In this document: positions 54,501 to 63,480 of the stretch, piece by piece | Layout: every line of letters starts with the position of its first letter | How positions within the stretch are numbered: position 1 is the first letter of the stretch | Source: Acidimicrobiia bacterium | GTDB lineage: Bacteria; Acidobacteriota; Vicinamibacteria; Vicinamibacterales; UBA2999 | Assembly: GCA_016871255.1 (NCBI GenBank) | Contig: VFZH01000002.1 | Span: 851-64,850, forward strand | Reading direction: 5' to 3' | Length of the DNA: 64,000 nt | Notes under the pieces: generated by a model | What the model was told of the DNA's origin: nothing | The model's input: only the letters and a program-made list of their open reading frames with translations | The model's database searches: none | Made by a program: the position numbers and the translations under genes

Positions 54501-56982
54501 GGCTGCTGACTCCCTCTCCGCCCGCCTTGCGCATCTGGAACGGCACGCTCCGGGCGATGCCTGTCACGATGGCCGACCAGCGGTAGTTCTCGCGGGCGGC
54601 GTCCCGGACGATGGCGCGAACGGTCGGCACATCATAGTACTCCAGTCCGCGGCCGAGCGCATAGGAGAGAAGCTTCGACGTCACCGTGGCCGCGAACTCG
54701 CGCTCCTGGCTCAGCAACAGCCCCCGCAGGCCGCTCGGCCCTTCGAACTTGGTCCCGTTCGGCATGATGCCGGTCGCGTCGATCGGCGTGCCGGCCTCGC
54801 TCCTGTCGCGCCACGCGCCGATCGCGTCGAAGTTCTCGAGGCCGAAGCCCATCGGGTCGATCGAGTTGTGGCAGGCGGCGCAGACCGGGTTGCGCCGGTG
54901 GTTCTCGAGCCGCTCACGGACCGAAGCCGGCTTGCCCCCCTCGCCCCTGTCCGGGAGACCCGGGACATTGGCCGGCGGCTCGGGCGGCGGCGCTCCGACG
55001 ATCGACTCGAGCAGCCACTTGCCGCGCACGACCGGCGAGGTCCGGTTCGGGTACGACGTGACCATCAGCAGACTCCCCTGGCCGAGCAGCCCGCCACGCG
55101 GGCTGTCCTCGGGCAGCGCCACCCGGCGGAACCGGGGGCCGTACACACCCTCGATGCCGTAGTGCCGGGCCAGCCGCTCGTTCACGAAGGTGTAGCGGGC
55201 TCGCAGCAGGTCGGTCACGCTGCGGTCCTCGCGGATGGTGCTCTCGACGAAGAGCTCCGTTTCCATCCGGAACGCCCGGCGCAGGTTCTCGTCGAAGTCC
55301 GGGAAGTCGCTGGATTCGCGGGCCGCATCCTCGAGGTTGCGCAGCCGGAGCCACTGGGCGGCGAAGCCGTCGACCAGCGTCCGTGAACGCTCGTCGGCCA
55401 GCATCCGCTGGACGTGCCCCTGCAGCACCTCCGGATCGTCGAGCGTGCCCTCGATCGCGCTGTCGAGCAGCGGTTCGTCCGGAATGCTGCTCCAGAGGAA
55501 GAACGAGAGCTTGGATGCCAGCTCCGTCTGTGTCCTGGGTCGCGCACCCGGCTCGTCCCCCGCCTCGATGCGGAACAGGAACTCCGGATCGACGAGGATC
55601 CGCTCGAGCGCGAACTGGATCCCGTCATCGAACGTACCTTCGCTCCGGCCTTCCTCGTAGAACGCCATCAACGGCGCCACGTCCGCGTCCGTCACGGCGC
55701 GCCGGAAGGCCCGCCTGGCGAGCCGGCCGATGATCCGCTCGGCGCAGGCGCGCTCCTCGGCGGCTGCCGACGGGCGGCACACGAAGATCTCGTGCCGGCT
55801 CGGCGTGTCCCCGGGGCCGCGGACGTTGTACGGCCCGCCAACCGCCACGCTTTCCACACGGGCAAGCGCCTCGTAGTGCTCGTTCACGAACATCCCGTAG
55901 CCCCGCTGGCGCGGCTGGAGGGGGCCGTCTTCTTCCGTCGTCAGGCGCTGGAACGACACCGACACCACGTGGGACCCGGCGGTCGCGGGGAAGCGCGCTT
56001 CGATCCCGGCGTCACCGGTGTTCATGAAGTACTCCCACTCGGCATCCCCTGCGATGTTGCCGGAGAAGCTCAAGGGGGCCATCCGCCCCTTCGAGTCGCC
56101 GTCCCCGACGGTGAAGCGCTTGACCAGCGCGCCATCCAGCCGGATCTCGAGGACGTGCGGCCGGGAGAACCCGATGATGTAGTCCGAGAAGTTCCGGTGC
56201 AGCTTCACCCGGGCGGTGTACTCCGCGTCCACCGGAAAGTAGTGGTCGACCGCGATCCCGCCGCGCGAGCCGAACGGCAGGTCCTCGTTGAGCCGGTCGT
56301 CCTGGAACACGTTCGGGTGCACGCGGTAGGTCGCCACCGCCGCGTCCTCCGGCGTGACCCCGACCGCTGTGCGGCTGACGCGGCCAGCCACCAGCAGGTA
56401 CCGGGACGTGAGCGAGGGCGACATCGAGAGCATGTCGGCGTTGTTGTCGAACCCGTGCTCGTAGGTGTCGTCGGCGGGCAGCAGCGACGCCACGTCGACG
56501 TCCAGGGCCAGGAGATCGCGGATGGCGTTCTGGTACTCGAGGCGGTTCAGCCGATGGAACGCCTGCGACGGGCCGGGGTTCGGTTCCTTCGCCCCCCGGG
56601 CATCAATCGTGTCCTCCAGCCACGTCCAGAGCGCCCGGTACCCGGCGGCATCGGGCCGGCGGCTTCCACCCGGCGGCATCGTGCCGGCACGCAGCTTCTG
56701 GATGACCTTCTCCCAGACGCGCGCTTCGTCGGGCACGCTGGCCATGTCGAGGCCCTGGAGCGACAGGTTGCCCGTCTTGAGACGGTCGCTGTGACACCCG
56801 ACGCAATACTGGTCGAGGGTCGCACGCACCGACGTGGCATCCATCACCGGGGCACCGCCCGCGGCGGCGCCGTTCGTGCCGGCCACCTGCGCTCGTCCGC
56901 TGATTCCGCCTGCCATCGCCAGCGCGGCGACAGCCGCGATCGTCCAGTTCCGTGTCGTCGTCATACGTGCACCCATCTGCAT
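54487..56982 (-). CDS. DUF1592/DUF1588/DUF1585-type protein with two CxxCH motifs (copy a)
   Basis: 831 aa with a signal peptide. Motifs are LDQYCVGCHSD..AGTMPP and NPVCAACHNSIDPMGFGLENFD. It overlaps the downstream DUF1552 gene by 14 nt. Confidence 0.85.
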   Translation of the reverse strand: MQMGARMTTTRNWTIAAVAALAMAGGISGRAQVAGTNGAAAGGAPVMDATSVRATLDQYCVGCHSDRLKTGNLSLQGLDMASVPDEARVWEKVIQKLRAGTMPPGGSRRPDAAGYRALWTWLEDTIDARGAKEPNPGPSQAFHRLNRLEYQNAIRDLLALDVDVASLLPADDTYEHGFDNNADMLSMSPSLTSRYLLVAGRVSRTAVGVTPEDAAVATYRVHPNVFQDDRLNEDLPFGSRGGIAVDHYFPVDAEYTARVKLHRNFSDYIIGFSRPHVLEIRLDGALVKRFTVGDGDSKGRMAPLSFSGNIAGDAEWEYFMNTGDAGIEARFPATAGSHVVSVSFQRLTTEEDGPLQPRQRGYGMFVNEHYEALARVESVAVGGPYNVRGPGDTPSRHEIFVCRPSAAAEERACAERIIGRLARRAFRRAVTDADVAPLMAFYEEGRSEGTFDDGIQFALERILVDPEFLFRIEAGDEPGARPRTQTELASKLSFFLWSSIPDEPLLDSAIEGTLDDPEVLQGHVQRMLADERSRTLVDGFAAQWLRLRNLEDAARESSDFPDFDENLRRAFRMETELFVESTIREDRSVTDLLRARYTFVNERLARHYGIEGVYGPRFRRVALPEDSPRGGLLGQGSLLMVTSYPNRTSPVVRGKWLLESIVGAPPPEPPANVPGLPDRGEGGKPASVRERLENHRRNPVCAACHNSIDPMGFGLENFDAIGAWRDRSEAGTPIDATGIMPNGTKFEGPSGLRGLLLSQEREFAATVTSKLLSYALGRGLEYYDVPTVRAIVRDAARENYRWSAIVTGIARSVPFQMRKAGGEGVSSHDHQ

Positions 56983-57030
56983 GCCTTCCAGGTTTCCCGC
57001 ACCCGCCCGGACGTTCCCGATCCCTCGCCG

Positions 57031-58479
57031 CTACTCGACGACGCCGCCCAGCGCCTTGAGCACTGCCGCCGTTGACGGCCGCAGGTACACCATACCTGCG
57101 GACTGGTAGCCGAGCGTGATCTTGTACGGCGTTTCCCCCTTCTCGTTGCGGGGGTTCACCTCCGCACCGTGGTCGTAGAGGAACTTCGCCACCGAATCGA
57201 GCCCCTGCAGCGCGGCCGCGTGCATGGCCGTGTTGCCGGCCGTGTTCGCGGCGTTGACCTCGTGCCCGAGGTCGAGGCAGATCTGCATGGCCTCCAGGAG
57301 CCGCTCCTCGGGAATCACGGTCTCCGAGTCCACGCGGGCGATGCCGGCAGCCGCGATGAGCGGCGTCGTGCCGTCCTTCGCCCCGACCATCGGATCGGCA
57401 CCCGCCGACAGCAGGAGCTTCATCACCGGCACGTCGGCCGCCACGGTCGCCACGAAGAACGGCGTTCCGCCGACCAGGTAGTTGGCCGGGAAGATCGACC
57501 CTCCGAAGCGGGGTGGTGGCCGCTGCACCCGCGCGTTGATGTCCGCGCCGGCGGCCAGGAGCGTCTTGATCAGATCGACCTTCGCCTCGAAGCCCGGCAC
57601 GCCGCCCAGCACCGACCACTCCTTCTCCTGCGTGGAAGCGTCGGGCGAGAAGAGATACTCGTGCGTGAAGATCGACTCCCACGTCCCGACCGCCCAGTGC
57701 AGCACCGTGTAGCCAGGGCCGCTGGCATTCGGATCCAGGCCCAGGCCGAGCAGGTACTTGGCGAACGGGAGGTGGCCGCGCACCACCGCCACGTGCAGCG
57801 CCGTCGTGCCATCCTCGGTGGTCCCCTTCGGGTCGGCCCCCCTCGACGCGAGGTACTGCGCGGTCGGGATGTCACCCGCCCGCGCTGCGAACAGATACGG
57901 CGTGAACCCGCTCGTAGACGTCGCCGTCACGCTGGCACCGTGGTCGACGAGCACGCGCACAACGTCGTCGTGCCCCTCGGCCACGGCCCACATCAGCGCC
58001 GTCTGGCCCATGTTCGACTCGATGGCGTCCACCTGGGCGCCACCGTCCAGCAGAGCCTTCACCACGTCGGCGCGCCCGCCCTGTGCCGCAGTCATCAGCG
58101 GCGTTTCACCGCTGGGAAACGCCACGTTCGGATCGGCCTTCGCCGCCAGCAGCCGCTCGACCATCGGCAGGCTGCCGTTCTGCGCGGCCAGCCACAGCGG
58201 CGTCGCGCCGTAGTCGTTCGCGGCGTTGACGCGGGCGCCCGCGTCGATCAGGAGTCCAGCCGTGTCCACGTCGTTCAGATGGGCCGCCCAGTGCAGCGCC
58301 GTCGCGCCATCGCCCTGCGCGGCGTCCACATCCACCTGCTGGCCGATGAGCGACCGGACCGCGGCCACATCCCGGCTCCTGACGGCCTCGATGAGCTCGG
58401 TCGCCTGCGCGAATGCCGGCACGGCGGCCAGCGCCGTCGCCAGCAATCCCGACACGCAGCCCTTCGTCCACGAGCGCAT
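57031..58479 (-). CDS. secreted ankyrin-repeat protein (Ank2)
   Basis: 482 aa with a GGAGGA RBS. The signal peptide is GLLATALAAVPAFAQA. Ankyrin repeats are collinear with Ank1 (GATALHWAAHLNDVDTAGLLIDAGARVNA ...). Confidence 0.85.
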   Translation of the reverse strand: MRSWTKGCVSGLLATALAAVPAFAQATELIEAVRSRDVAAVRSLIGQQVDVDAAQGDGATALHWAAHLNDVDTAGLLIDAGARVNAANDYGATPLWLAAQNGSLPMVERLLAAKADPNVAFPSGETPLMTAAQGGRADVVKALLDGGAQVDAIESNMGQTALMWAVAEGHDDVVRVLVDHGASVTATSTSGFTPYLFAARAGDIPTAQYLASRGADPKGTTEDGTTALHVAVVRGHLPFAKYLLGLGLDPNASGPGYTVLHWAVGTWESIFTHEYLFSPDASTQEKEWSVLGGVPGFEAKVDLIKTLLAAGADINARVQRPPPRFGGSIFPANYLVGGTPFFVATVAADVPVMKLLLSAGADPMVGAKDGTTPLIAAAGIARVDSETVIPEERLLEAMQICLDLGHEVNAANTAGNTAMHAAALQGLDSVAKFLYDHGAEVNPRNEKGETPYKITLGYQSAGMVYLRPSTAAVLKALGGVVE

Positions 58480-58690
58480 TCAGTCCTCCGAGGGCACGAG
58501 ACGGCCCGCCGTCACACGCGTCTGCGGGACCGAACGCCCCGCGGCCGGCTCTCCACCGGAACCCCTCTTGTTTGCAGGGCTTTCCACCCCATGTACGGGC
58601 ACTTTGGCTTTGTAAACATCATATACTTGTCGTGGCGGCTTCGCACCCCAGAACTCCGTCGGTGAAGCCGCGATCAGGAGTCGAAATACC

Positions 58691-61126
58691 ATGTCGTTCT
58701 CAGCACGAACCCGGCTCGCCTGCCTCGGCATCGGAGGCCTGATCGCCGTCACAGGCACGATTCCGTCCGGCACGCTTCAGGCCGCCGCCGGGGCGCAGGC
58801 CGGCTCGCAGGCGGCCTCGGAGCCGCGGGCCCTCGTCGATCAGTACTGCGTCGTCTGCCACAACGAGCGCAACAAGGCCAACGCCGCCGGACTGTCGCTG
58901 GCCGGGCTCGACCTCGCGGATGCCGGGACGAACGGCGCGGTGCTCGAAACCGTCGTGCGGAGGCTCCGCACCGGCGCGATGCCCCCGGTGGGCGCACGCA
59001 GGCCCGAAGAAGCCAGGCTGAGCGCCCTGGCTGGCTGGCTCGAGCAGAACCTCGACGCGCACGCGGCCGCCCATCCCGATCCGGGCCGGCCCGTCGCCCG
59101 CCGCCTCAACCGTACGGAGTACACCAACGCCGTCCGCGACCTGCTGGGCCTCGAGATCGACGGCAGGGCGATGCTGCCCACCGACAACTCCGGTCACGGC
59201 TTCGACAACATCGGTGACGTGCTGACCACGTCGCCCGCGCTGCTCGAGCGGTACCTCATCGCGGCCCAGCGGATCAGCCGGCTCGTGGTCGCCGACTCGA
59301 GCGTGCCGCCGGTTGCCGAGACCCACCGGGTGCCCTTCGGCATGCTGCAGGAAGCGCGGATGTCCGAGGACCTGCCGTTCGGATCACGGGGCGGCACGGC
59401 GTTCACCCATTACTTCCCGGCCAACGGTGACTACACCATCCGCATCATGATGCAGCGGCCGTCGATGAATCGTGGCGTCCGCGGCGAGGGGCGCGTCAAC
59501 GACGTGGACCTGCGGATCGACGGGAAGCGCGTGCAGTTGTTCACCATCGGCGGCAAGGCCCAGCGGCAGGGGTTCTATGACCAGCCGGAAGAAATCGACC
59601 AGCACCTGGAAGTCCGGGTCCCGATCGAGGCCGGTGAGCACCTGGTGTCCGTGTCGTTCCAGCGTGCCAACTTCCGGATGGAGGGCCTGGGGCCGGAGCA
59701 CCTGCCGACCACCAGCACGGGATACGCCAACTCCTCCCACACCGGCTCCGCCAACGGACGCATCGAGATGGGCGTGGACACGGTCACGATCACCGGGCCG
59801 TTCGACGCCACGGCGCCGGCCACCACGGCAAGCCGTGAGCGCGTTTTCGTGTGCCAGCCGGCAACGGCGGCCGACGAGCCCGCCTGCGCGCGCGCGATCG
59901 CCTCGACCCTGGCCCGCCGCGCCTACCGGCGCCCGGTCACCGACGCGGAAGTCTCCGATCTGATGGAGGCCTTCACCGCGGAGCGTGCGGCCTCCGGCTT
60001 CGACCGGGGCATTCGCCGTGTGGTCGAGCGCGTGCTGATGTCACCCAACTTCCTGTTCCGGGTGGAGTCCGATCCGGCCGGCGTGACGCCCGGGCAGCCG
60101 TACCCGGTGAGCGATCTCGACCTGGCCTCGCGCCTGTCGTTCTTCCTGTGGAGCAGCATCCCGGACGACGAACTGCTCCAGCTCGCCGCCGACGGGAAGC
60201 TGCGCGACCCTGCCGTACTGGATCAGCAGGTGCGGCGCATGCTGACCGACGAGCGCGCCCAGGCCATCATCGACAACTTCTTCGGGCAGTGGCTGTTCCT
60301 GCGCAACGTGGATCTGGTGCGGCCGGACCCGAAGGCGTTCCCCGAGTTCGACGAAAGCCTCCGGACGGCCTTCCGGACGGAGACCGAACTGTTCCTCAGG
60401 AGCCAGATCGCGGAGAACCGGAGCGTGCTCGACCTGGTGACCGCGAACTACACCTTCGTCAACGAGCAGCTCGCGAAGCACTACGACATCCCGGGCGTCT
60501 ACGGCGAGCGGTTCCGGCGGGTGGAGTTCACCGACACCCGGCGCGCGGGCATCCTCGGCCAGGGCTCACTGCTCACGGTGACCTCCTACGCCAACCGCAC
60601 GTCGCCGGTGAAGCGTGGACAGTGGCTGCTGGAGAACCTGCTCGGCACACCGCCGCCCGCACCGCCGGCCAACGTGCCGCCGTTCCCGGAAACCCGGGAA
60701 GGCGAAGCACCCAGGTCGGTTCGCGCCCGCATGGAACAGCACCGGCAGAACCCGGTCTGCGCGAGCTGCCACAGCCGCATCGACCCGCTGGGCTTCGCGC
60801 TGGAGAACTTCAACGGCGTGGGCAAGTGGCGCGACACCGACGCGAACGCCCCGGTGGACGCGTCCGGCAACTTCCCCAACGGGTCGAAGTTCTCGGGCCC
60901 TGGCGAGTTCCGCAGCGCACTGCTGGAGAGCAACGCAGACGCGTTCCTCGGCACGCTGACCGGAAAGCTGCTGACCTTTGCGCTCGGCCGCGGCGTCGAG
61001 CACACCGACATGCCGGCGATCCGGCAGATCCTGCGCGAGGCACGCAGGGACGACTACCGCTGGTCGTCCCTGGTGCTTGCCATCGTGACCAGCGAGCCGT
61101 TTCAAATGAGGAGAGCCGAATCATGA
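58691..61126 (+). CDS. DUF1592/DUF1588/DUF1585-type protein with two CxxCH motifs (copy b)
   Basis: 811 aa with an AGGAG RBS. Motifs are VDQYCVVCHNE..TGAMPP and NPVCASCHSRIDPLGFALENFN. Confidence 0.85.
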   Translation: MSFSARTRLACLGIGGLIAVTGTIPSGTLQAAAGAQAGSQAASEPRALVDQYCVVCHNERNKANAAGLSLAGLDLADAGTNGAVLETVVRRLRTGAMPPVGARRPEEARLSALAGWLEQNLDAHAAAHPDPGRPVARRLNRTEYTNAVRDLLGLEIDGRAMLPTDNSGHGFDNIGDVLTTSPALLERYLIAAQRISRLVVADSSVPPVAETHRVPFGMLQEARMSEDLPFGSRGGTAFTHYFPANGDYTIRIMMQRPSMNRGVRGEGRVNDVDLRIDGKRVQLFTIGGKAQRQGFYDQPEEIDQHLEVRVPIEAGEHLVSVSFQRANFRMEGLGPEHLPTTSTGYANSSHTGSANGRIEMGVDTVTITGPFDATAPATTASRERVFVCQPATAADEPACARAIASTLARRAYRRPVTDAEVSDLMEAFTAERAASGFDRGIRRVVERVLMSPNFLFRVESDPAGVTPGQPYPVSDLDLASRLSFFLWSSIPDDELLQLAADGKLRDPAVLDQQVRRMLTDERAQAIIDNFFGQWLFLRNVDLVRPDPKAFPEFDESLRTAFRTETELFLRSQIAENRSVLDLVTANYTFVNEQLAKHYDIPGVYGERFRRVEFTDTRRAGILGQGSLLTVTSYANRTSPVKRGQWLLENLLGTPPPAPPANVPPFPETREGEAPRSVRARMEQHRQNPVCASCHSRIDPLGFALENFNGVGKWRDTDANAPVDASGNFPNGSKFSGPGEFRSALLESNADAFLGTLTGKLLTFALGRGVEHTDMPAIRQILREARRDDYRWSSLVLAIVTSEPFQMRRAES

Positions 61127-62556
61127 CCCGTCGAGCCCCCCAGGGCCGTCCCCAGCTGCGTCGAGGGATGATCGTCACGAAGAAACATCTGCCCCGCCGG
61201 ACCGTACTGCGCGGCCTGGGGGCGACGATCGCGCTGCCGCTGCTGGACGGCATGATCCCTGCCTTCACGGCCACCAGGCTGACCGCAGCCGCGCCGGTGC
61301 GCCGGTTCGGCGCCGTCTACATGGCCATGGGGATGAACATGCCGCTGTTCACCCAGGACGGCACGGGAGACCTGCAGATCACGCCGATCCTGCAGCCGAT
61401 CGGCGCTTTCAAGGACCGCCTCACGGTCGTCCGAGGCCTCGGCATGGCGAACGCCGACTCGCGACAGGACGGCACCGGCCAGCACTCGCGGATCGGCCCC
61501 TGCTGGCTCACCGGCGTCCGGCCCAAGAAGACGGAAGGCGCGGACTTCCATGCCGGCGTCTCGATGGACCAGATCCTCGCCGCGCAGCTTGGCCAGGAGA
61601 CGCAGCTCGCCTCGATCGAGCTGGCGGCCGAGACGCCCGAGATGCTGGGCTCCTGCGAGTTCGGCTACACCTGCGCCTACACCTCGACGATGGCCTGGAA
61701 GACGCCAACCACGCCTCTGCCCATGGAGGTGAACCCGCGCAACGTCTTCGAGCGCATGTTCGGCGCCGGTGATTCCACCGACGCCAGGGCCCGCCTGGCG
61801 CAGCACCGGCGCGACCGGAGCCTGCTCGACGCGGTGTCCGAAGACGTCGCGCAACTGCGCCGCGACGTCGGCGAGAGCGACCGGGCCAAGCTCGGCGAGT
61901 TCATGGATTCGCTCCGCGACGTCGAGCGCCGCATCCAGAACGCCGAGGAGCAGGGCCTCGTGGAGCTGCCGGTCGTCGAGAAGCCGGTCGGTATCCCGGC
62001 GTCCTACGAAGAACACCTCAAGCTCCTGTTCGACCTCCTGACGCTGGCCTACCAGACGGACCTCACGCGCATCTCGACCTTCATGCTGGCGCGCGAGCTG
62101 AGCCTGCGGACGTACCCCGAAATCGGCGTGCCGGATCCACACCACCCGCTCTCGCACCACCAGAACAACCCGGAGCAGGTGGCGAAACTCGGCAAGCTCA
62201 ACGTCTTCCACCTCACGCTGTTCAGCCACTTCCTGGAGCGGATGGCCGCGACCCAGGACGGGGACGGCTCTCTGCTCGACCACACCCTCCTCCTCTTCGG
62301 ATCGGGCATGAGCGACTCGAACCTCCACCTCCCGCGCAGCATCCCGACGATCGTCGTCGGCGGCAAGGAGTTCGGCCTCCGGGGCGGGCGGCACATCCGG
62401 GTGGACGACACCAGCCGCACCGAGGAGATCGGCATCGCCGGCGAGATCGGCGCGGACGTGCCGCTCTGCAATCTCCAGCTCACGCTCATGGATCGCATGG
62501 GCGTGCGCGTGGACAGCTTCGGCGACAGCAGCGGCCATATCGACCTCACGGCCTGA
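61123..62556 (+). CDS. DUF1552-family protein with a twin-arginine-like signal (copy b)
   Basis: ATG 61123 overlaps the upstream stop (ATGA); an alternative is ATG 61168 (MIVTKKHLPRRTVLRGLGATIALPLLDGM). It carries the motif PDPHHPLSHHQNNP. This is the C-terminal part of track ORF 59851..62556. Confidence 0.85.
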   Translation: MTRRAPQGRPQLRRGMIVTKKHLPRRTVLRGLGATIALPLLDGMIPAFTATRLTAAAPVRRFGAVYMAMGMNMPLFTQDGTGDLQITPILQPIGAFKDRLTVVRGLGMANADSRQDGTGQHSRIGPCWLTGVRPKKTEGADFHAGVSMDQILAAQLGQETQLASIELAAETPEMLGSCEFGYTCAYTSTMAWKTPTTPLPMEVNPRNVFERMFGAGDSTDARARLAQHRRDRSLLDAVSEDVAQLRRDVGESDRAKLGEFMDSLRDVERRIQNAEEQGLVELPVVEKPVGIPASYEEHLKLLFDLLTLAYQTDLTRISTFMLARELSLRTYPEIGVPDPHHPLSHHQNNPEQVAKLGKLNVFHLTLFSHFLERMAATQDGDGSLLDHTLLLFGSGMSDSNLHLPRSIPTIVVGGKEFGLRGGRHIRVDDTSRTEEIGIAGEIGADVPLCNLQLTLMDRMGVRVDSFGDSSGHIDLTA

Positions 62557-62581
62557 CACGGCCCTACGCCGAGCGACTCAC

Positions 62582-62621
62582 GAAGCCCGGCAGGCCGACA
62601 GCGGCCTCGCCGGGCTTTTTC
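62582..62621 (+). terminator. intrinsic terminator
   Basis: GAAGCCCGGCAGGCCG-acag-CGGCCTCGCCGGGCTTTTT. Confidence 0.7.
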
Positions 62622-62701
62622 GTCAAGGGGCAACACCGGATTCGTGGAGTCGTACCTGATTGCAGCCCACGCGTTCGATCCCGCGAGCGGCCAGCTCGCG
62701 C

Positions 62702-62728
62702 GGCGCTTCCGCCGCACGGCGGCGCGCC
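62702..62728. repeat. short REP-like hairpin (GGCGCttCCGCCgcacGGCGGcGCGCC)
   Basis: Nested stems are seen in sequence. It shares the CTTCCGCC / GGCGG motif of the REP-like family. This is a weak assignment. Confidence 0.3.
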
Positions 62729-62744
62729 GGGACCCGTACACGGC

Positions 62745-62777
62745 AAAGGCCCGGCCGCCTGCGGCAGCCGGGCCTTT
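62745..62777 (-). terminator. hairpin terminator (possibly bidirectional) after the minus-strand Tat-subunit gene
   Basis: AAAGGCCCGGC-cgcctgcggca-GCCGGGCCTTT, with A/T runs on both flanks. Confidence 0.5.
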
Positions 62778-62844
62778 CATCCGTGTGGAGTCGTCGCCCG
62801 CCGTCAGGCAGTGACGGCGACCGGTGTCCGCTAAGGGCCCTGAG

Positions 62845-63456
62845 CTACGCCCGCCAGATCGGTCCCCGCTGGATCACGTCCTCCAGCGCGGCCACGTCGA
62901 AGCGAAGCGTGGGATCGACGTGTTCCTCCGGCGGCACCCAGCCGATCGCGTTCAGCACGTCCGGGTGGCTGTAGTAGCCCGCGTAGGTGGCGTGGAGCAG
63001 CGTCTCGAACGCCTCCTTGCGGGAGGCCTGCACGCGCGTCAGCACCTCGTCGAGCGCATCGGGCGCTCGGAGAACCGCGCGCCCCGCGAGCCGTACCTGA
63101 TCGAGCACGCCGAGAATCGGCTGACGCAGGTGCACGGCGTCGGCCAGGGCACCGTCGATGTACTCGACGATCCCGACGTCGGCAGCAGCCGGCATCGGGC
63201 CCTCGGCCGGAACCAGCCGGTTGACGACGGCGGTGAGCAGGTCGGCCTGCTCGTCGGTCAGCACCTTCAGCCCGGCCGAACTCGCCGGTGACGCCGGCGC
63301 CGACACCGCCCCGGCCGCCTCGGCATGACCCGGCGGCAGCGCGGCCGCGGCGCCCGTGGCAGCGGAGGCCGCCACGACGCTCTGAATGAACGTCCGTCGC
63401 GACACGGACCCCTCGTCTTCGGTTGCAGGCTTCTTCCTGATGTCTTTGGCCATCAC
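62845..63456 (-). CDS. gluconate 2-dehydrogenase subunit 3-like protein (Tat-signal small subunit of a GMC-type dehydrogenase)
   Basis: 203 aa with the Tat motif VSRRTFIQSVVAASAATGAAAA. LTDEQADLLTAVVNRLVPAEG is typical of the family. It lies immediately downstream of a GMC oxidoreductase. Confidence 0.75.
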   Translation of the reverse strand: MMAKDIRKKPATEDEGSVSRRTFIQSVVAASAATGAAAALPPGHAEAAGAVSAPASPASSAGLKVLTDEQADLLTAVVNRLVPAEGPMPAAADVGIVEYIDGALADAVHLRQPILGVLDQVRLAGRAVLRAPDALDEVLTRVQASRKEAFETLLHATYAGYYSHPDVLNAIGWVPPEEHVDPTLRFDVAALEDVIQRGPIWRA

Positions 63457-63480
63457 CTGTCCTCAGTGCGTCGCCGGGCG

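Noticed and set aside
62671-62693. tRNA-like T-arm fragment GCGTTCGATCCCGC followed by ..GGCCA, which might indicate a tRNA gene or an integration (att) scar. Nearby is a 10-nt direct repeat GTGGAGTCGT at 62645 and 62785.
   Set aside because: The T-stem does not pair with a 7-nt loop, because ACGCG and CCGCG are not complementary. No acceptor, D or anticodon arms can be built upstream. No integrase or intact tRNA is present in the window. The direct repeat alone is too short to interpret.
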